Shown piece after piece: positions 13,987 to 29,400 of a DNA stretch of 64,000 nt (position 1 is its first letter; each line of letters begins with the position of its first letter). Source of the DNA: Balanoglossus misakiensis. Its lineage: Eukaryota; Animalia; Hemichordata. The translations under genes were made by a program, and so were the position numbers. The stretch spans positions 3,600,110 through 3,664,109 of the forward strand of contig CM082584.2 in NCBI GenBank assembly GCA_040954595.2, given 5' to 3'. The notes below the pieces were generated by a model. It ran no database searches and was not told where the DNA came from. It saw only the letters and a program-made list of their open reading frames with translations.

Positions 13987-16900
13987 GTAAGCCTGTGGGG
14001 TTTATTTTAGTAAAATCCAGTGACATGTGGATTTAAATACCAGTGACACGTGACTTTGAGATTAGCTCTCTCTCTTTGGATAAATCTTGACGTTGGGGAG
14101 CCGGAGAGAAATCCCACAGAAGGTGAGGCTTAAGCAACCCATCCTGAAAATCGGAGATGGACCCAGGTGTGAATGTACAGAATCCAACACAGGCAGATAA
14201 ACTGTTTGCATTTTGTTAATTAAATGGATGATAAGCTGCAATAATTAGATGCGACAAGTGGCACATTATATACGTGTGTGTTTTTACTCATGAAAACAGT
14301 ATGCCAAATGTATATTGACAGAGAGTACATTAACATATATTAAATTGAAACCGTCAATCGATATACGTAGGATGTTTATTTTAACATCAATAATAGTGTA
14401 TCATAAAATCAAGTATGCATACATGTAGTTACAATTACAAAAAGTTTTAGAAAACAGAATGCATAAAACAGTATTATAGAATGCAAATTAGATTTATTTG
14501 GACGTTACTGCCTTGTTCCTATCGTATTTATTTTTGTCGACATGTATTGGTTATTCAAATTTAATTTGGATTTAATGTACGCATCCTGATTTATATAATT
14601 TGATGTAGCAAGATAAAATCCATCGAAAATTATTCCAAACGTAAAGATATCTTGAGCTAGAAATGTATTTTTTCATTTTGAGTTTTTTTTAGTTTTTTCC
14701 TTGATCTGTTTTCATTTTTCGTGATTTGCTGGTATTTTTTATATCGAGTGTGTTTTTCCAATGAAAACAATAAACAATTGAATACAATAGAGAAATCATC
14801 GGTGACACAGAGTTCCGTTTTAACTGTATCACACACAGGCCATCGTAAACCAAAAATAGATACTAAGGTCGACGTACCATTATTGATGTTCATGTCATGC
14901 ATGCATATTTACATCAGATCCACTCTGTCGAATAATATCGCAGTCCACAAGCGTACTTCGTTTAAACTCTGGCAGTACGTGAGCTAACATGTTAATGCCT
15001 GGGCGTGTAATGAGTGAATGTTAAACATTACCATAACTAGGAGGTTATGACTGTAAAGACACGTCGCCCGGGGCCGGGGACCGGTCTATTAGAACTCGCG
15101 CTAGTAATGGCGCCACCAACGGTTGACTGCCAATCGTACCTTCCCACCAAACATGCAACACACCCATACAAATATTTCGCCTATACCGTATACGACGTCA
15201 AAGATTCAGCAGATTTATGAATTCTTCCTTAAAACCACAGGGGGCTGCAAACATGAAAGTTATAAATGGCGGAGTTCTGATCCGCATTTTCCCCAATAAA
15301 TAGTACTTGCTGAACGGTCTCTGTGCTTGTTATTTTTCTGCGTTACCCCCACCTGCCTTATCAGTTGCTAATCCAGAATACAAGCTATCGCATTTCCCAT
15401 AAAGCACCTGCTAACGACTTAATCTGTGTGCCCCATCCACGGATTAAGTGGATAAAGTAAACATCGGTCAGTTCTCACTTGGTAAAAGAAGAGGAAGGGA
15501 GGAAACTCGCTCAAGGCACGTGCTCAAGGCATGTCCAGAGGTTGCCCGTAAACCCGGATACCACTTAATATTCATATATTCATAAATCAACAAGGAGCTA
15601 AACACATGAATATGTATAAGTTTAATGCACCGAAGCAAACGCAGATTTGTGGAGATTAGTCACTGTTTCACTTTCAATGTACTCGAGAGTAAAACATGTA
15701 TTTTCTCTATTAACTGAATACAGGTACAGATATGTTAAAAGTGTTGTCGTGATTTATTATTGTGTAACGCCTCCTATGTTCAAGTCGTACCATTAGATAT
15801 AACACTCCACATTTAAGTACGTGCGTAATGTCACAAACGATAACTACGGGCTCATATTTTATCTCTGTTTCAAGTTTAACTCTCTCGTGAGAAGGGGCAG
15901 CACGCGAGACATGTATCAAGAGATGGTAAATACGAGATAGAACCTTGCCACATTCCTATTGGAAGGTTGCTAGGAAGTTTTCAACGCGCTGTCAAAAAAC
16001 TGAAAACGCCTTCGCGTCACCTCGAGTATGACTCGTACACAACAATTACGAATGCCACTTGTTGATTTGTTGTGGGAATGTCACCGTATGTGGCGCTGTT
16101 TTAGTAGAAAGCGATTGGTCCGTGTTGCAATGTTACAGCATATTGTCAGCGAGCAGAACATGAAGAGACTTGTCTGAATGAATCCGTCTATCCAGGTAGG
16201 ATATGATTAAATTAAATATTAATTATAATGCTGTTATTTTCATGAACATCGAGCGTGTTTAATCGTACCAATTATATAAATTCACAACACCTTTTTGAAC
16301 AAATACTTGCCAGCACCATAATCATTATTCTTAGAAAACGACCACGTGACTTGAGTAACTGGGTGTATCGTTCGGGTACCACCTGTTTGAACAAAATCAG
16401 CCAAGCAGGTAAGTTGGAGACATTACATTTGCCGCTGTCGCACGGTTAACGACAGAACGGTTATTGGTAACCACTGATACAGTATTAAATAACACTGTTG
16501 AATAGCCTTTTGCAGTGTGTGAGTTAGCTTTGAATGTTCCGCATACCTGTGGGTAATAATAGAGGTAATTTTAGCTATACATGGCCGGGGGCCAGGTATT
16601 CTCAACACTGTTGGGAATTCCAAGTGGCAGAAATTGCGAAGTTTATTTGAAAAATTACGACTCCTGCACTGTATCAGGCATTGGTTCGGTATGTCAAGTG
16701 TTCCCCTATGCATTTTCAAATAGTTCTGGTCCGTTCCTCCATATTCCCATGAGTTTTACATGTTGTTGAAACGTCACTTGGTGTTTGCATTAGGGGGTGA
16801 ATCGCAATAAGAATGTTTAAGCCTAACGTGTTTCATTCAGTATTGCTCTTGAAGGCGTGGCAAGCAGACGCGGGGAAATGTCTACTCGCCCACGGTCTTC

Positions 16901-17457
16901 AATCCGTACGGGAGTGGTCGCGCCACTTGACACAAATACCGACGCCATTATGACATAAATGCGACAAAAGTTTGTGTAGTGGACTAATTTCTCATAAAAG
17001 CGCAGGCTTAGCTTGAATTCTCACAAAGGAACAGCGCTTTCGATTCGTCGCCATTACAGTATGGTATAATGATAGCGTGTTGTGCTCTAATAATGCACTT
17101 TCAATTGGAGTTTAGAGTGGCTGCATGTATAATGTTTCCAACAATCGTCAGTTACTAACCAGCATCTGAACACTGCCGTCATACACGGAGAGGAACAATC
17201 GTAAAATACGAGTAAACCCTATATCGTTGACGCAAGAACCATTGTCACTGCTGTCCGGTGACATTCAAAATTCTACTATTTTAATGATGGCTAAAACCTC
17301 TCTCAGATTGCCTGGGTTCGGGATATACATTTGTATAGTTGCATTTGCTTGCAGAGTTTCATATTCATGCTATTTTGCATTCACTAATCTATCCCCATGA
17401 TATATATCACTCATATAATAATAATTTTATTTCAGCAGGAACAATTGCGAGGTCACG

Positions 17458-20400
17458 ATGTTGCTGTCGACTATTTTACTGCTCCTGATGCAATTTACGA
17501 GATCAGGTACGTGATACTTCTTTCCTCATTCGATAAAACATCGCGAGGGCCTACAGGGCAAAAATTTATATACTTTTAAGGTCTAAAACACCTTAATAAG
17601 ATTCATGAGGAAAGACCATTTAATGAAAGCAGGTGTCGAGCAGTGCTTGAGCTATGACGTCATCTGATTGAACTTCGAAAGGAGAAGTGAAAACAGGTCA
17701 AAAGGTCGAATTGATTTCTGCTGACCATTAAAGAAAACCTAGTTGTGATTTATGGTTTGTGTGTTGAATCTTTCTGTTTGTCCATTTGTCTTCGTATTCT
17801 AAGTGCAGGTTAAAAAGAGTTATGTACATTTCAGCTTGAGTACATTTTTCATGACCACCTCTATCAAAAGTTACCATAGACCCCTGGTCGAGGGTCACCG
17901 TTTGCAAACAGGGACTGTAGAGAACCAGAGTAAGGTTGTTGTGTCATTGGTATGAAGTTCATAGACATTATTTTTTGCATTCTTGTACACTGTATAATGT
18001 TGAATTGGTCAGTGCAATGCAACATTGTATTACAAGAACAGGTTTAGTTGATATTAAATGTTGCCTACCTGACCAATGCATGAATAAAACACTTTTCAGG
18101 GTCAATTTCGTATTCTGAAGTGCCCATTGATACAATTGGAATTTTGGGAGAAGAAGTTCAGTTGAATTGCTCGTTTGCCGACTTTGTTGATGGAACACAT
18201 AATATACTATGGAAGAAAACTGCACCTGTATATTACGCAATCTCGTCAAATGGTGACGTATTCCCGGACAATCATTACCTGGTCGACGTATTCGGAACAG
18301 GTGCATACAGTTTGAAGATTGTGAATACAACGTGGGAGAACGAGGGCACGTACGAGTGTGAGGCATTCGGTCCGTTGTTGCCCAAGGAGGCAGATTTGAT
18401 TCTGGTGGGTAAGTAGACTGGTGGTCACTGAGAAAAAAAAACTGGAAACCATGAAATCAGCTACCTAAAATAGTGCTCATTTATGCAGTGTCGGAGAGTT
18501 AATACAAAATACCATTTCATCGTATTACTTCTGCCCAACAATCTCTTTCGAATATAAATGATTTACATTCGTGACCAAATCTTATCAAATGGGTGTACTA
18601 AATCATAATGTAATGGGTGTGCATTTTTTCTCATGATGGATTTTTGCAGTTGAATGCATATATCTTCGTGAAATATCGATCATTGTGCATTGTTCTTGAA
18701 GGCGATTTGCATTGCATTCAAGAACTACATTTAAACCACTGCGCTCATATAAACGTACACGACTCTCGGCAGATACACCACCGACCTGCTCAGTTTATCC
18801 TGACAACACCGTCATAGCCGGAGAGAATGTGACATTCAACTGTTCTATCAACAAGGCAGTGCCACCGGGTGAATTGGTTTGGCGACTGAACGACAATAAA
18901 GTTGCTAGTGGGGAAAATTCCAAAACGTACTTGTGGTCAACGACGTTTGGTCGAACACAGAACGGTGCCGCCATGGTCTGTGGTCTGGAACACATCACTT
19001 TGCAAGAACCTCTAGAATGTGAAGACACTATTTCAATGAACGTACAGTGTAGGTGGAATTTCTACTTTCAACGTACTGTTTTCTCTCTACCTCGCCGTAT
19101 GTCTGTCCGCCTGTCTGTCTGTCTGCCTGCCTGCCTTCCTGTTTGTCTGTCTGTCTGTCTGTGTTTTCTCTACATGATGTCTCTCTCTCTACATGAATCC
19201 AATTTTAGCTTTTCATAATCTGCTTCTAAATTTCAGTACGATCGTTATTCACTTTCTCTCAGTTTCCCCTGTAATGGACATCGGCGTCACTGGAGACGGG
19301 AGCCCAATCGGCGAAGTGATCGAAGGCGATTCCTTTCTGGCTGAGTGTGTGGTCGTTGATTCTAACCCCACAGCCGATAGTTTTGCCTGGTTCGATGATA
19401 ATGGCGACATGGTTGGAATCAACAAGACGCTACAGTTTGATGCAGTGGACAGAGTACAAACAGGCGAGAACTACACGTGTTTAGGCACCACAACATTTTA
19501 CGACGGAAGTCGTGGAAATGGATCAGCCCAGTTTACGTTAGCTGTTCAGTGTGAGTTTATTATTTACATTTCAAATAAGTCTAATTGTAGTGAAAAATGA
19601 TTTCCTGATAGAATCCATTCAAACACTGTAATATTTTCCCATCATTAAATAATCGTAATATTCATTGCTTAGAGATGTTGCTACAGTAACTTTTCTGAAA
19701 TGTGTCACCGATGTGTTTTGAGTCATGTCAGTGGTTAGATACAATTGTAAATGCGATTCTCTAGTTACATTCCTAATTACGTTATGCGGGTATCAGAAAA
19801 CTTAATTCCTCCTCGATCATTTCTTAAAATCCCGTTAGATTTCACGAAAGCAGACGTTGGGTATGGAGACAACGGCATTGTAGTAGAAGGCGACACATAC
19901 CAGGCCAACTGTAAAGCGGACGCCAACCCCCTTCCACAGTTCACGTGGCTAGGCCCTGGTAACCAAGCGATCAGTAGTGGCCCACTGCTCACAGTTCCCG
20001 GTGTGACACCGAGTGAGGCTGGGATGTACACGTGTTATGCCAATGTCACGTTCTGGGATGGGTCGTCAAGATTTGACAATGCGTCTTTCCAACTCGACGT
20101 TCAGTGTAAGCACTGTATTGATACAGATATGTTTCATGTTTTTATCTCCACCACCTTCAACTTTCGATAGTATCGTTTGGTACATCAACTAGTTTTACTC
20201 GTGCATGGGCTACTAATCGGCAAGGTATCGTATTCTATGATTAGCGGGACGATAAACTATAAATGATGCAAGAATCGCTATATGTCATGTTACAACTGTG
20301 CTTTCGTTTCAGATAAACCGAGAATGGATTTGAATTTAACAGGAAATGTAAGTCCCGGTGGAAAGGTGATAGAAGAGGACTCGTTTGTTGCCGAGTGCTT

Positions 20401-23400
20401 AGTCCTCGATGCCAACCCAGTCCACAATGACGATATTCACTGGTTGGATGATGAACAGAACGGGGTTGGAAATGCCGAATGGCTGACATTTGACTCCATC
20501 AATGCAAGCGAAGCCGGTAATTACGTCTGCACGGCAACTAATACTTATTTCGACGATCGGCAGGGAACTGGTACAGAATCCTTCACCATCGATGTTCAGT
20601 GTAAGTGTGAACGGCTTTCTCACTTATACACTGAATTACTAGTATTAGGATCTTAACAACGATGCAGAGTCTTTCATTGTGCAGCCTTTGTTATCAGAAG
20701 CAGTTTACTTTGTTTATCAGTTTAGGTTTTTTAAGGGTTTCCAGTGCAAGTTTCCATTTTCTTTTAATACAAACGAGTGTTTTATGGAATTATGTTGCCA
20801 ATATGGTATTGGGATTGTCAAATCGACATCATGAAAGTTGGGACCAAGTGCAGCAACTTTCATTACATACACATCACACTGCTTCCCTCCGAATTCCCTT
20901 GATTCACGCAAGCAACACACGTCCATTCTATGACCAGATTTGTACCAAGCAACTATCGAAGACGCCAGCGACGGAAAAGTCATCGTAGGCGACCAGTACA
21001 TTGCTGAGTGCCTCGCCGATTCCAATCCGGCCGCCGGGTTCACCTGGAGCAATTCAAGCGGCGACACCTTCCCAGGCGGCCGCACACTTGTACTGGACAA
21101 CGTAGGCATGGGCGACGGCGGACTGTACACGTGTCAGGCCGTGGTGACGTTTTGGGATTCGTCCTCAAAGTCATCGACTGCATCAGTGTTAGTGGACGTG
21201 CAGTGTAAGTGTCGAATTGCATGAAATGTTAACCTCCAAAATATCTACATTCATATGTACGATAGCAGATACCTCATTGATGGGGAAACTTATAAATAGC
21301 AATGTTACTTAGTATGCTAATTGAAAACACACTTAACAAGCGATGTACAATTAATAATCAAAGGTTAATAATACTACTAATAAAAATAATTACAACAATA
21401 CAATACAAAAATAATAATATTAAAAATAATAATAATGCTGATGATGATGATGATGATGATAATAATAATAATAATGATGATGATGTGTCTTTATATAACA
21501 ACAAGGCTCTTTCATCTAGACGTAATTTTATTTAGAAAATTAATGAGTAAGTCACCACAAGATTGGATTAAATTCACTTTATATTCAAAGCTTAGTACCG
21601 TGCCTAGCTAAACATTTTCGGCATACAATTAACCCGATAGATTTATCTGATGTTGTCATATACGATGAGACTGATGGTAAGGTCATTGAAGGTCACCCGT
21701 ATTTGGCCAACTGTTCTTGGGACGCAAACCCCGCGCCCACTGTGTCTTGGATATTGCCTAATGGAGAGAGCACCTTCGATGAAGAGTTAAGATTCGAGAT
21801 CACTGAGAGGGCCCATAGAGGTAACTACACGTGCTCAGCCAACACTACCTTCTGGGATGGGTCCATGGCGCAATCACATTCACGAATTTACCTTGACGTC
21901 CAATGTGAGTATTAAAAAGAAATACGTATAGTGAGTTGAATTGAGTTGAATTGAGTTGACTGCCTGACTGACTGACTGACTGACTGATTAAACCAATGAG
22001 AGAGTGAGTTAGCGGGATGGTGAGTGAGTGAGTGAGTGAGTGAGTGAGTGAGTGAGTGAGTGAGTGAGTGAGTGAGTGAGTGAGTGAGTGAGTGAGTGAG
22101 TGAGTGAGTGAGTGAGTGAGTGAGTGAGTGAGTGAGTGAGTGAGTGAGTGAGTGAGTGAGTGAGTGAGTGAGTGAGTGAGTGAGTGAGTGAGTGAGTGAG
22201 TGAGTGAGTGAGTGGAGGGACTTCAACCGCTTGAGTTCATAAGAGCATATGATTGAAATTGTATGTATTCCCCATTATGGAATTATGTATTTCTTTTCCT
22301 AATATGTTGCCATTTTTCCATCTTCTTTCTCTCCAACGTGTTTTTCTTCTCGTTGTTTATCTGTGAGTTAGATCACCCCTTCGTCACAATTGACGACGAA
22401 AGTAACGGTAAGGTCATTGAGGGGGAACAGTACCGTGCCCTCTGCAGCGTGGATTCAAATCCGCCGTCAATCATCGTGTGGAAGGACCCTGGCGACCAAA
22501 TAGTTGAAGTAGGCTCTGTGCTGGCGATAAACAACACTCTCACAGAGAATGGAGGGCTCTACACCTGCCAAGCTAACAACACCCTGTTTGACGGCTCTGC
22601 TGGCGCTGGTAACGCAGCTATTTTAATTGACGTCCAGTGTAAGTACGGGTTTTCATACTGTTTACACTCTGTGAATATCACGCAATTTGGAGTTATGCAT
22701 GCCATTTCAGCTTTGCAGTTAGTGTTAAATGTGTCATAAAGCATGCCATTAACGCTATCTCGAATAATTTACTCCATGTTAGGTGTTACTCCATGTTAGG
22801 TGTCAGACCACATCATAAGTGCATTGCGGGTAAAATTGGCCAAGCCACTTCAGTATAATAGTTTGAATAAATTTTAACTGTATTTCATAGCATACTTTGG
22901 TCACATCATTCTATGATTGTAGTGTTAGAAGTATGATCCTCCATTACGTTATCGTATGAACGTCGTTTGGTGAGAAGAACGTCACTAGCGTCTAGTTACA
23001 CTGGCGGTCTTTTGCGTGCTTATTTACAGACATGTCCGACCTGAATGTCATTTCTGATAATGGCGGCTTTGTCATCGAGGGTCAAGCCTACCAGGCGAAC
23101 TGCAGTGTCGATGCAAACCCGGCAGCCGACATCATCTGGGTGAAACCTGGCGGGGACATGGTTGTTGGCGAGAAGTTGAACTTTGTCGACACTCACCGTA
23201 ATGACGCTGGTAACTACACGTGTGTTGTTAACACAACGTTTTGGAATGGAGAGGAAAGAAAGAGCCGGGAAGGAATATACATTGACGTTCAATGTAAGCA
23301 ACTATAGAAATAATGGACGACGCCCTGACCATTAATGTTTGTTTATGGGCGAGGGCGAGGGGAAAGCCAAAAATTCATGGGCGAGGCTTCCGAGCCCATG

Positions 23401-26400
23401 AATTTTGGCTTTCCTCGAGCCCGCGCCCATAAACAAACGTTAATGGTCAGGGCGGAGTCGGTTATTTCCATTGTATTACCAACGAACTCAAGAAAACCGT
23501 CTAAGGGCCCCGGAACTTGTGTAACGCAAAATGTTGTTATGGGCATGTAAACAAATCATTACTGAGTATTTGTGGTCAGTGACGTCGTTCATCTCGACCA
23601 ATTAAAATGCGACGCACAGGCCATGGTAATATAATACAATTTATTAATACCTTATATTTATTATCAGATTTAAAACAGTATTGTATTTATTTCTCTCGAG
23701 CCTTTTGGGCATATTCTGGAATAACTACACCCTGTAAAAGGAGCAATATTCAATCATCACAACCTTCTCTCGAATAAAACTAATTGTTAAGTTGCAATTG
23801 CTAGGAGTACAGTGTTTGTGAAGACAGTGTCGCAGGGATCTGTTATACCTACTCTCATCCATCTACACGTAGATCCACCCGCGGTTACGATTCGCCATGA
23901 CAGTACAGGCAAAGTAATCGAGGGAGAAGCATTCATCGCCGAGTGTGAATCCGACGCCAACCCTGTCCCTCACACAGCGTGGATTGACCCCAAAGGTAAC
24001 ACTGTCAACGCCAGCAGCTCTTCAGTGATTGAAAACGTAAGAAGGGAAGACGGTGGTGTTTACACCTGCCTGGCGAACAACACATTTTGGGATGGTACAG
24101 TCGGAATTGGTAACGCCACCATATTCCTCGATGTCCAGTGTAAGTACCGGAAGTTCGTTAGTTACTCTTGTTTGTTTGTTTGTTTGTTTGTGTGTTTGTT
24201 TGTTTACTTTTAATCATGAAATAGTTTGGAGTTTGACAAATTTAAACGATTTGCTTTATTTCACCCAGATATGTTCGATTTGAATCTCAATTTTGAAAAT
24301 GGAGGAAAAGTCATCGATAGGCAGCCTTATTTTGCTAATTGTTCGGTGGATGCAAACCCCCCAGCGGTCATCACCTGGTCGACACCAGCGGGAGAAACGT
24401 TTTACGGGGGAGAATTACATATAGGGGAGGTAGACAACAGTGTTGTTGGTACCTACACGTGCACTGCGAATACAACATTCTGGGATGGAACTGAAGCAAG
24501 AAATCAGTCATCGTTTTATTTAGATGTACAATGTAAGTAAATGGGGAGGGAAGGAGGTTAGGGTTGAGAGAGGGAGGGAGGGAATAGACAGAAAGGGATA
24601 GATAGACAGCGATAGAGACAAGCACACATAGAGACATACACAGACAGACGGCGGACGGACAGACAGACAGAAGTAGAAACAGACACAGAATCCCACCTTG
24701 AGAGAGAGGGGGTGTTTATCCCGCAGTGATTGATCGATGTGACTGGTTTATTAATTGTCAGACTTTGTTGACCTGTCTCGGCGGTTGCATTTCAAGTGTC
24801 CATCGAACTTTGGAACCGAAACATATATAAATCTCGCCAGCAGGAGCTGTTCCCATACCACACCGTTTTAACCATGTCGTAAACCTATTCGACATGTTTC
24901 TCTGCTGACTTTTACTACTCTAGATATACGCAATGTAAACATCTACGACCCAAACGAGGGAAAGGTTATCGAAGGCCAGCTATACTATGCGAATTGCTCT
25001 ACCGAGTCCAACCCCGCCGCTGATGTCGTCTGGAGTACGCCTAGCGGAGACGTGAAGTACGGTGGCACATTAGCAATAGAGGCAGCAAAGCCTAGCGATG
25101 CTGGTGTTTACATGTGTACAGCGAACACGACATTCTGGGATGGAACGCCAGGCATTAGTGAATCCGCTGTGGATGTCGATGTCCAGTGTAAGTGAAATAA
25201 TTATTATACATGTATCAAGATATGCTTTCACACACTTTCTATTCAAATGGCAACTGAGTGTATATTCACGCATATGTAACAGGTCTCCCACAATTTTTAG
25301 TAAACAAAGCTGGGTACCAGACGGTTTCCAGATGCTTAATTACTATATGCAAATCTTCTCGCACGCGTGTTTCTATTTCTAGACTTGCACGAGATTGTCG
25401 TTTACGACGAGAATGGTGGTCTGGTCGTCGAGGGGCGGCGATATTATGCAAATTGTTCAGTCGACGCCAATCCAGATGCCGGTATCTCCTGGCAGAGACC
25501 CGCGGGAGACAGAATTGAAGGTGGTGTCCTGGATATCCACCCAGTGCAGCGATCTGACAGTGGTAACTATGTTTGTATGGCAAATACGACATACTGGGAT
25601 GGATCAGAGGACTTTGCGGATTCCACGGTGTTCCTGGATGTACAGTGTGAGTAATGAATGGTGTTAATAACCACTTTGGTGTCTGATCGTGTCCAATTCT
25701 GGGTGCCTTAAATAGGTTTTCACTTTCCACTAGAGGGTCAAATCACATTGCATTCTGGGCGAAAAGTCGACAACCCACTGCACTAAGAAATGATATGTTT
25801 ACTGTATTTCATGACTTCCTTTGGTCAAACATGTCTGTCTTTGTAGTTTGTTACCATATTAAACTCATCAAACTTTTTTCACATTTTGTTATTTTTTCTG
25901 TTAAAAAGTTTCAGAATGACCCATCATCACTTTTGCTTATGAACTCCCAATTCTTAAACATGACAAAAATCGGCCATCTTGAAATTGTGTCTACCATATG
26001 AGATTTTCATCACTCACTTCTTAAAACCTATTTAACGTAGGGAGAATTACAGATCGTCTCTGTTGCAAACAATTATATGAGGAATATCTAAATAAAATGG
26101 GGAAAATGTGTAATTTTGCTAATCTTAGTTAAATGCTGTCTAACTAACAGATTTATCAGACGTTGAGATTTACCAGGACAGCGATGGAAAAGTGATAGAG
26201 GGTCAACCGTATTATGCCAATTGTTCGTCTGACGCCAACCCAACTGCCGCTATCTCTTGGCTCACCCCGCGTGGATCAACAGTGTTTGGTGAAGATTTGG
26301 TGATTAGTCTGACAGAGAAGGCTGATACCGGTTATTATACTTGCAGAGCAAACACCACGTACTGGGATGGAACGGTTGGCCAGCACGAATCCACCATCTA

Positions 26401-29400
26401 CGTTGATGTGCAATGTGAGTGTCGCACTAATCTGTTATAATTTGCCCGGATGTGCAATTTACTGGGTCATGACACTTCCCTCGAGTGGAAGACAACAGAT
26501 TAGCATGTTTGTTTGTTTGTTGTTGTTGTTGTTGTTGTTGTATTGTCCATTGCACGGGTCGCAAAACGTTAAGTCTCGTTACAGAAAAGTGGTCTCATTG
26601 AATACAAGTACCACGAGTGAAAAATACAAAAATACTGCCTGAATGAACACTTTGTTAAATAAAATGAACGCATTCCGTCATCTATTTCGGCTCCAGATAT
26701 CTACGAAGTAACAATCATCGACGAGAGTGACGGCAAGGTCATTGAAGGTAGTCGCTTTGGGGTGTTACTGGCAAGAACTTGTCCGGTGGCAAGCGTATTG
26801 AAACAGTGGCTTTATTAGTTTTATATATTGGCATGGTAAGGCGTTGACAGTATTATGGCCAAAAAAGGACCACATTTATCACTGCATGCACCGAAAGATA
26901 CATCACACGTTCGCTTAGCTAACACTGGTGTTTACTTCCAATAGACATTAGCGATGCTCTTGTCGTGGACGAAAGTAATGGAAAGGTCATTGAAGGCCAA
27001 CCATATCTGGCCAATTGTTCAGCCGATGCAAACCCCAATGCGGTTATATCCTGGAGGACACCCATAGGAGAAATAATACATGATGTAGTCTTGGTACTTG
27101 ATGACACGGAGCGACTTGACAGTGGTGAATACACGTGTATGGCAAACACAACATACTGGGATGGGTCCGTTGGACACACGCAAACGAGTGTATTCGTAGA
27201 TGTGCAATGTAAGTGCGTGTATTATTCTTATCGATGATGTGATGACGTCAAATAGTTCAATTAAGCAGTCACCATGACTGGTGACCTTTTTTCGTCATCT
27301 TCGTAATATTCGCTTTCTAGTCTTCAGTATATTTCCTTACTTTCACTCTATATTAACATGTCTTAATTTGACTTTATAGACGTAACTCTTCCTGTAATTG
27401 ACGGAGGCGACAGTAGTGGCAATGTCATCGAAGGTCAAAGGTTTGTTGCAACCTGCACCGCTGACGCAAACCCTACACCTGACGTCACATGGACCACGCC
27501 CACAGGAGAAATTATTCCCGGTGACACGTTGGATATTATGAATTCGGAACGGAACGACAGTGGCGTTTACACATGCACGGCGATCACTGCCTTTTGGGAT
27601 GGTACATTTGGAATCAGGCAGACGACAATTTCTGTCGATGTACATTGTGAGTAAACTTTTATGTTTTTGAGTCAAAATTGGCTTATTCAACATACCAACG
27701 GAAATGTTTGTGAAAGGGTCATGTTTCATCACCGTGTATCCAATCATATCAGAATTCTGCGGATTTTGTGATTGTAATATTAAAATACCTATCACCATTG
27801 AAATGATAACTCATCGAGCGTGTTTGTATTCAATTCATCAGATTTGGGCGATATTCGGATTTTCGATGAAAGCAATGCTAAGGTTATCGCTGGTCAGCGA
27901 TATTACGCGAACTGCTCGGCTGACGCAAACCCTGCTGCCACGATATCATGGCTGATGGCAGGAGGGGACAGACTCTACAGCGACGAGCTAGAAATCACAC
28001 ATGCACAACGAAGCCACAGTGGTGAATATATATGTACAGCGAACACCACGTACCGGGATGGAACCAGTGAATACAAGGAATTGGCCATTCAGCTTGATGT
28101 ACAATGTGAGTACAAGAATTGGTTTGGCAAATGTCATCATTAAGATGCCTTGTGGAAGATATGATCTGCAGCAGGCATATTTCGAATTATGTTTAAGCCA
28201 AAGCTGGATTTAGCTACCTATAGTGTGGAAATATATGTTTATTTTACTCTGCTGTCTCTATTCAATATAATGGTGTGTCTTCTTCAAATAGATATAACCG
28301 ACGCTGTCGTTAAGGACGGCAGTAACGGTAAAGTCGTAGAGGGGAGACAGTATATGGCAAATTGTTCAGCCGATGCAAACCCCAATGCAGTTATATCCTG
28401 GAGGACACCCATAGGAGAAATAATACATGATGTAGTCTTGGTACTTGATGACACGGAGCGACTTGACAGTGGTGAATACACGTGTATGGCAAACACAACA
28501 TATTGGGATTGGTCTGTCGGATACAAACAAGCAAAAGTATACGTCGACGTACAGTGTAAGTAATCTTTCGCTTGTTACATCCAAATTTGTTTGAGCATGA
28601 TAACCCCTTTTGTGAATTTCTGTCTCGTTTACTATATATGACTATGATAATCAATTGGGATCTAACGTTGATGCAATAGATATATCTAGCGTTGGCATAT
28701 ACGACAAAGGTGATGGTAAGGTCATTGAGGGTAGGCCCTACTATGCCAATTGCTCATCTGATGCCAACCCCACTGCCATGATGTCCTGGTTAACTCCGAC
28801 TGGGGAAAGTGTATCCGGTGACGAGTTGGAGATTGAGCAGTCCAACAGAACACACAGTGGCAACTACACGTGTTCGGCAGACAACGCATACTGGGATGGA
28901 ACGACTGGTCATAGACAGTCCGCCATCTTTGTGGATGTACAATGTGAGTAAGACTGGATGTCTTGGTTAATACTTACTGTACTTTTTTCCATGATTTATT
29001 AAGTGACGGTGCCATGTTAAGTATAGAGTATCAAGTGTGTTTGAAAAGAGAACTAGAATATGTCACCCTTGCAGACTTGGACGATGTCGTCATCGATGAG
29101 GACACCGGTGGTAAAGTAATCGAAGGACAGAACTACAACGCGTCCTGCACGGTCAATTCTAACCCCACCGCCTTCATCTCCTGGGTGTTGCCCGGCGGAG
29201 ACACCCGCCCAACCGATATTCTTAACATCGTCCAGGCTCAGCGCAGCGACGCCGGTATTTACTGGTGTGAGGCCAATGCGATATACTGGGACGACTCTAT
29301 TGGCCAAAAGACATCATCATTACCAGTTGATGTGCAGTGTTAGTGTTTTACATTTCATGTTTTAGTTTTCAGCTGCTTGATAAGCTTTCCCCAAATTTAT

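Noticed and set aside
21912-22226. Low-complexity ORFs (SLTH repeats; also poly-S at 9276-9506, poly-V at 39457-39714, IHSF/NQSI at 61762-62562)
   Set aside because: Translations of intronic microsatellites.
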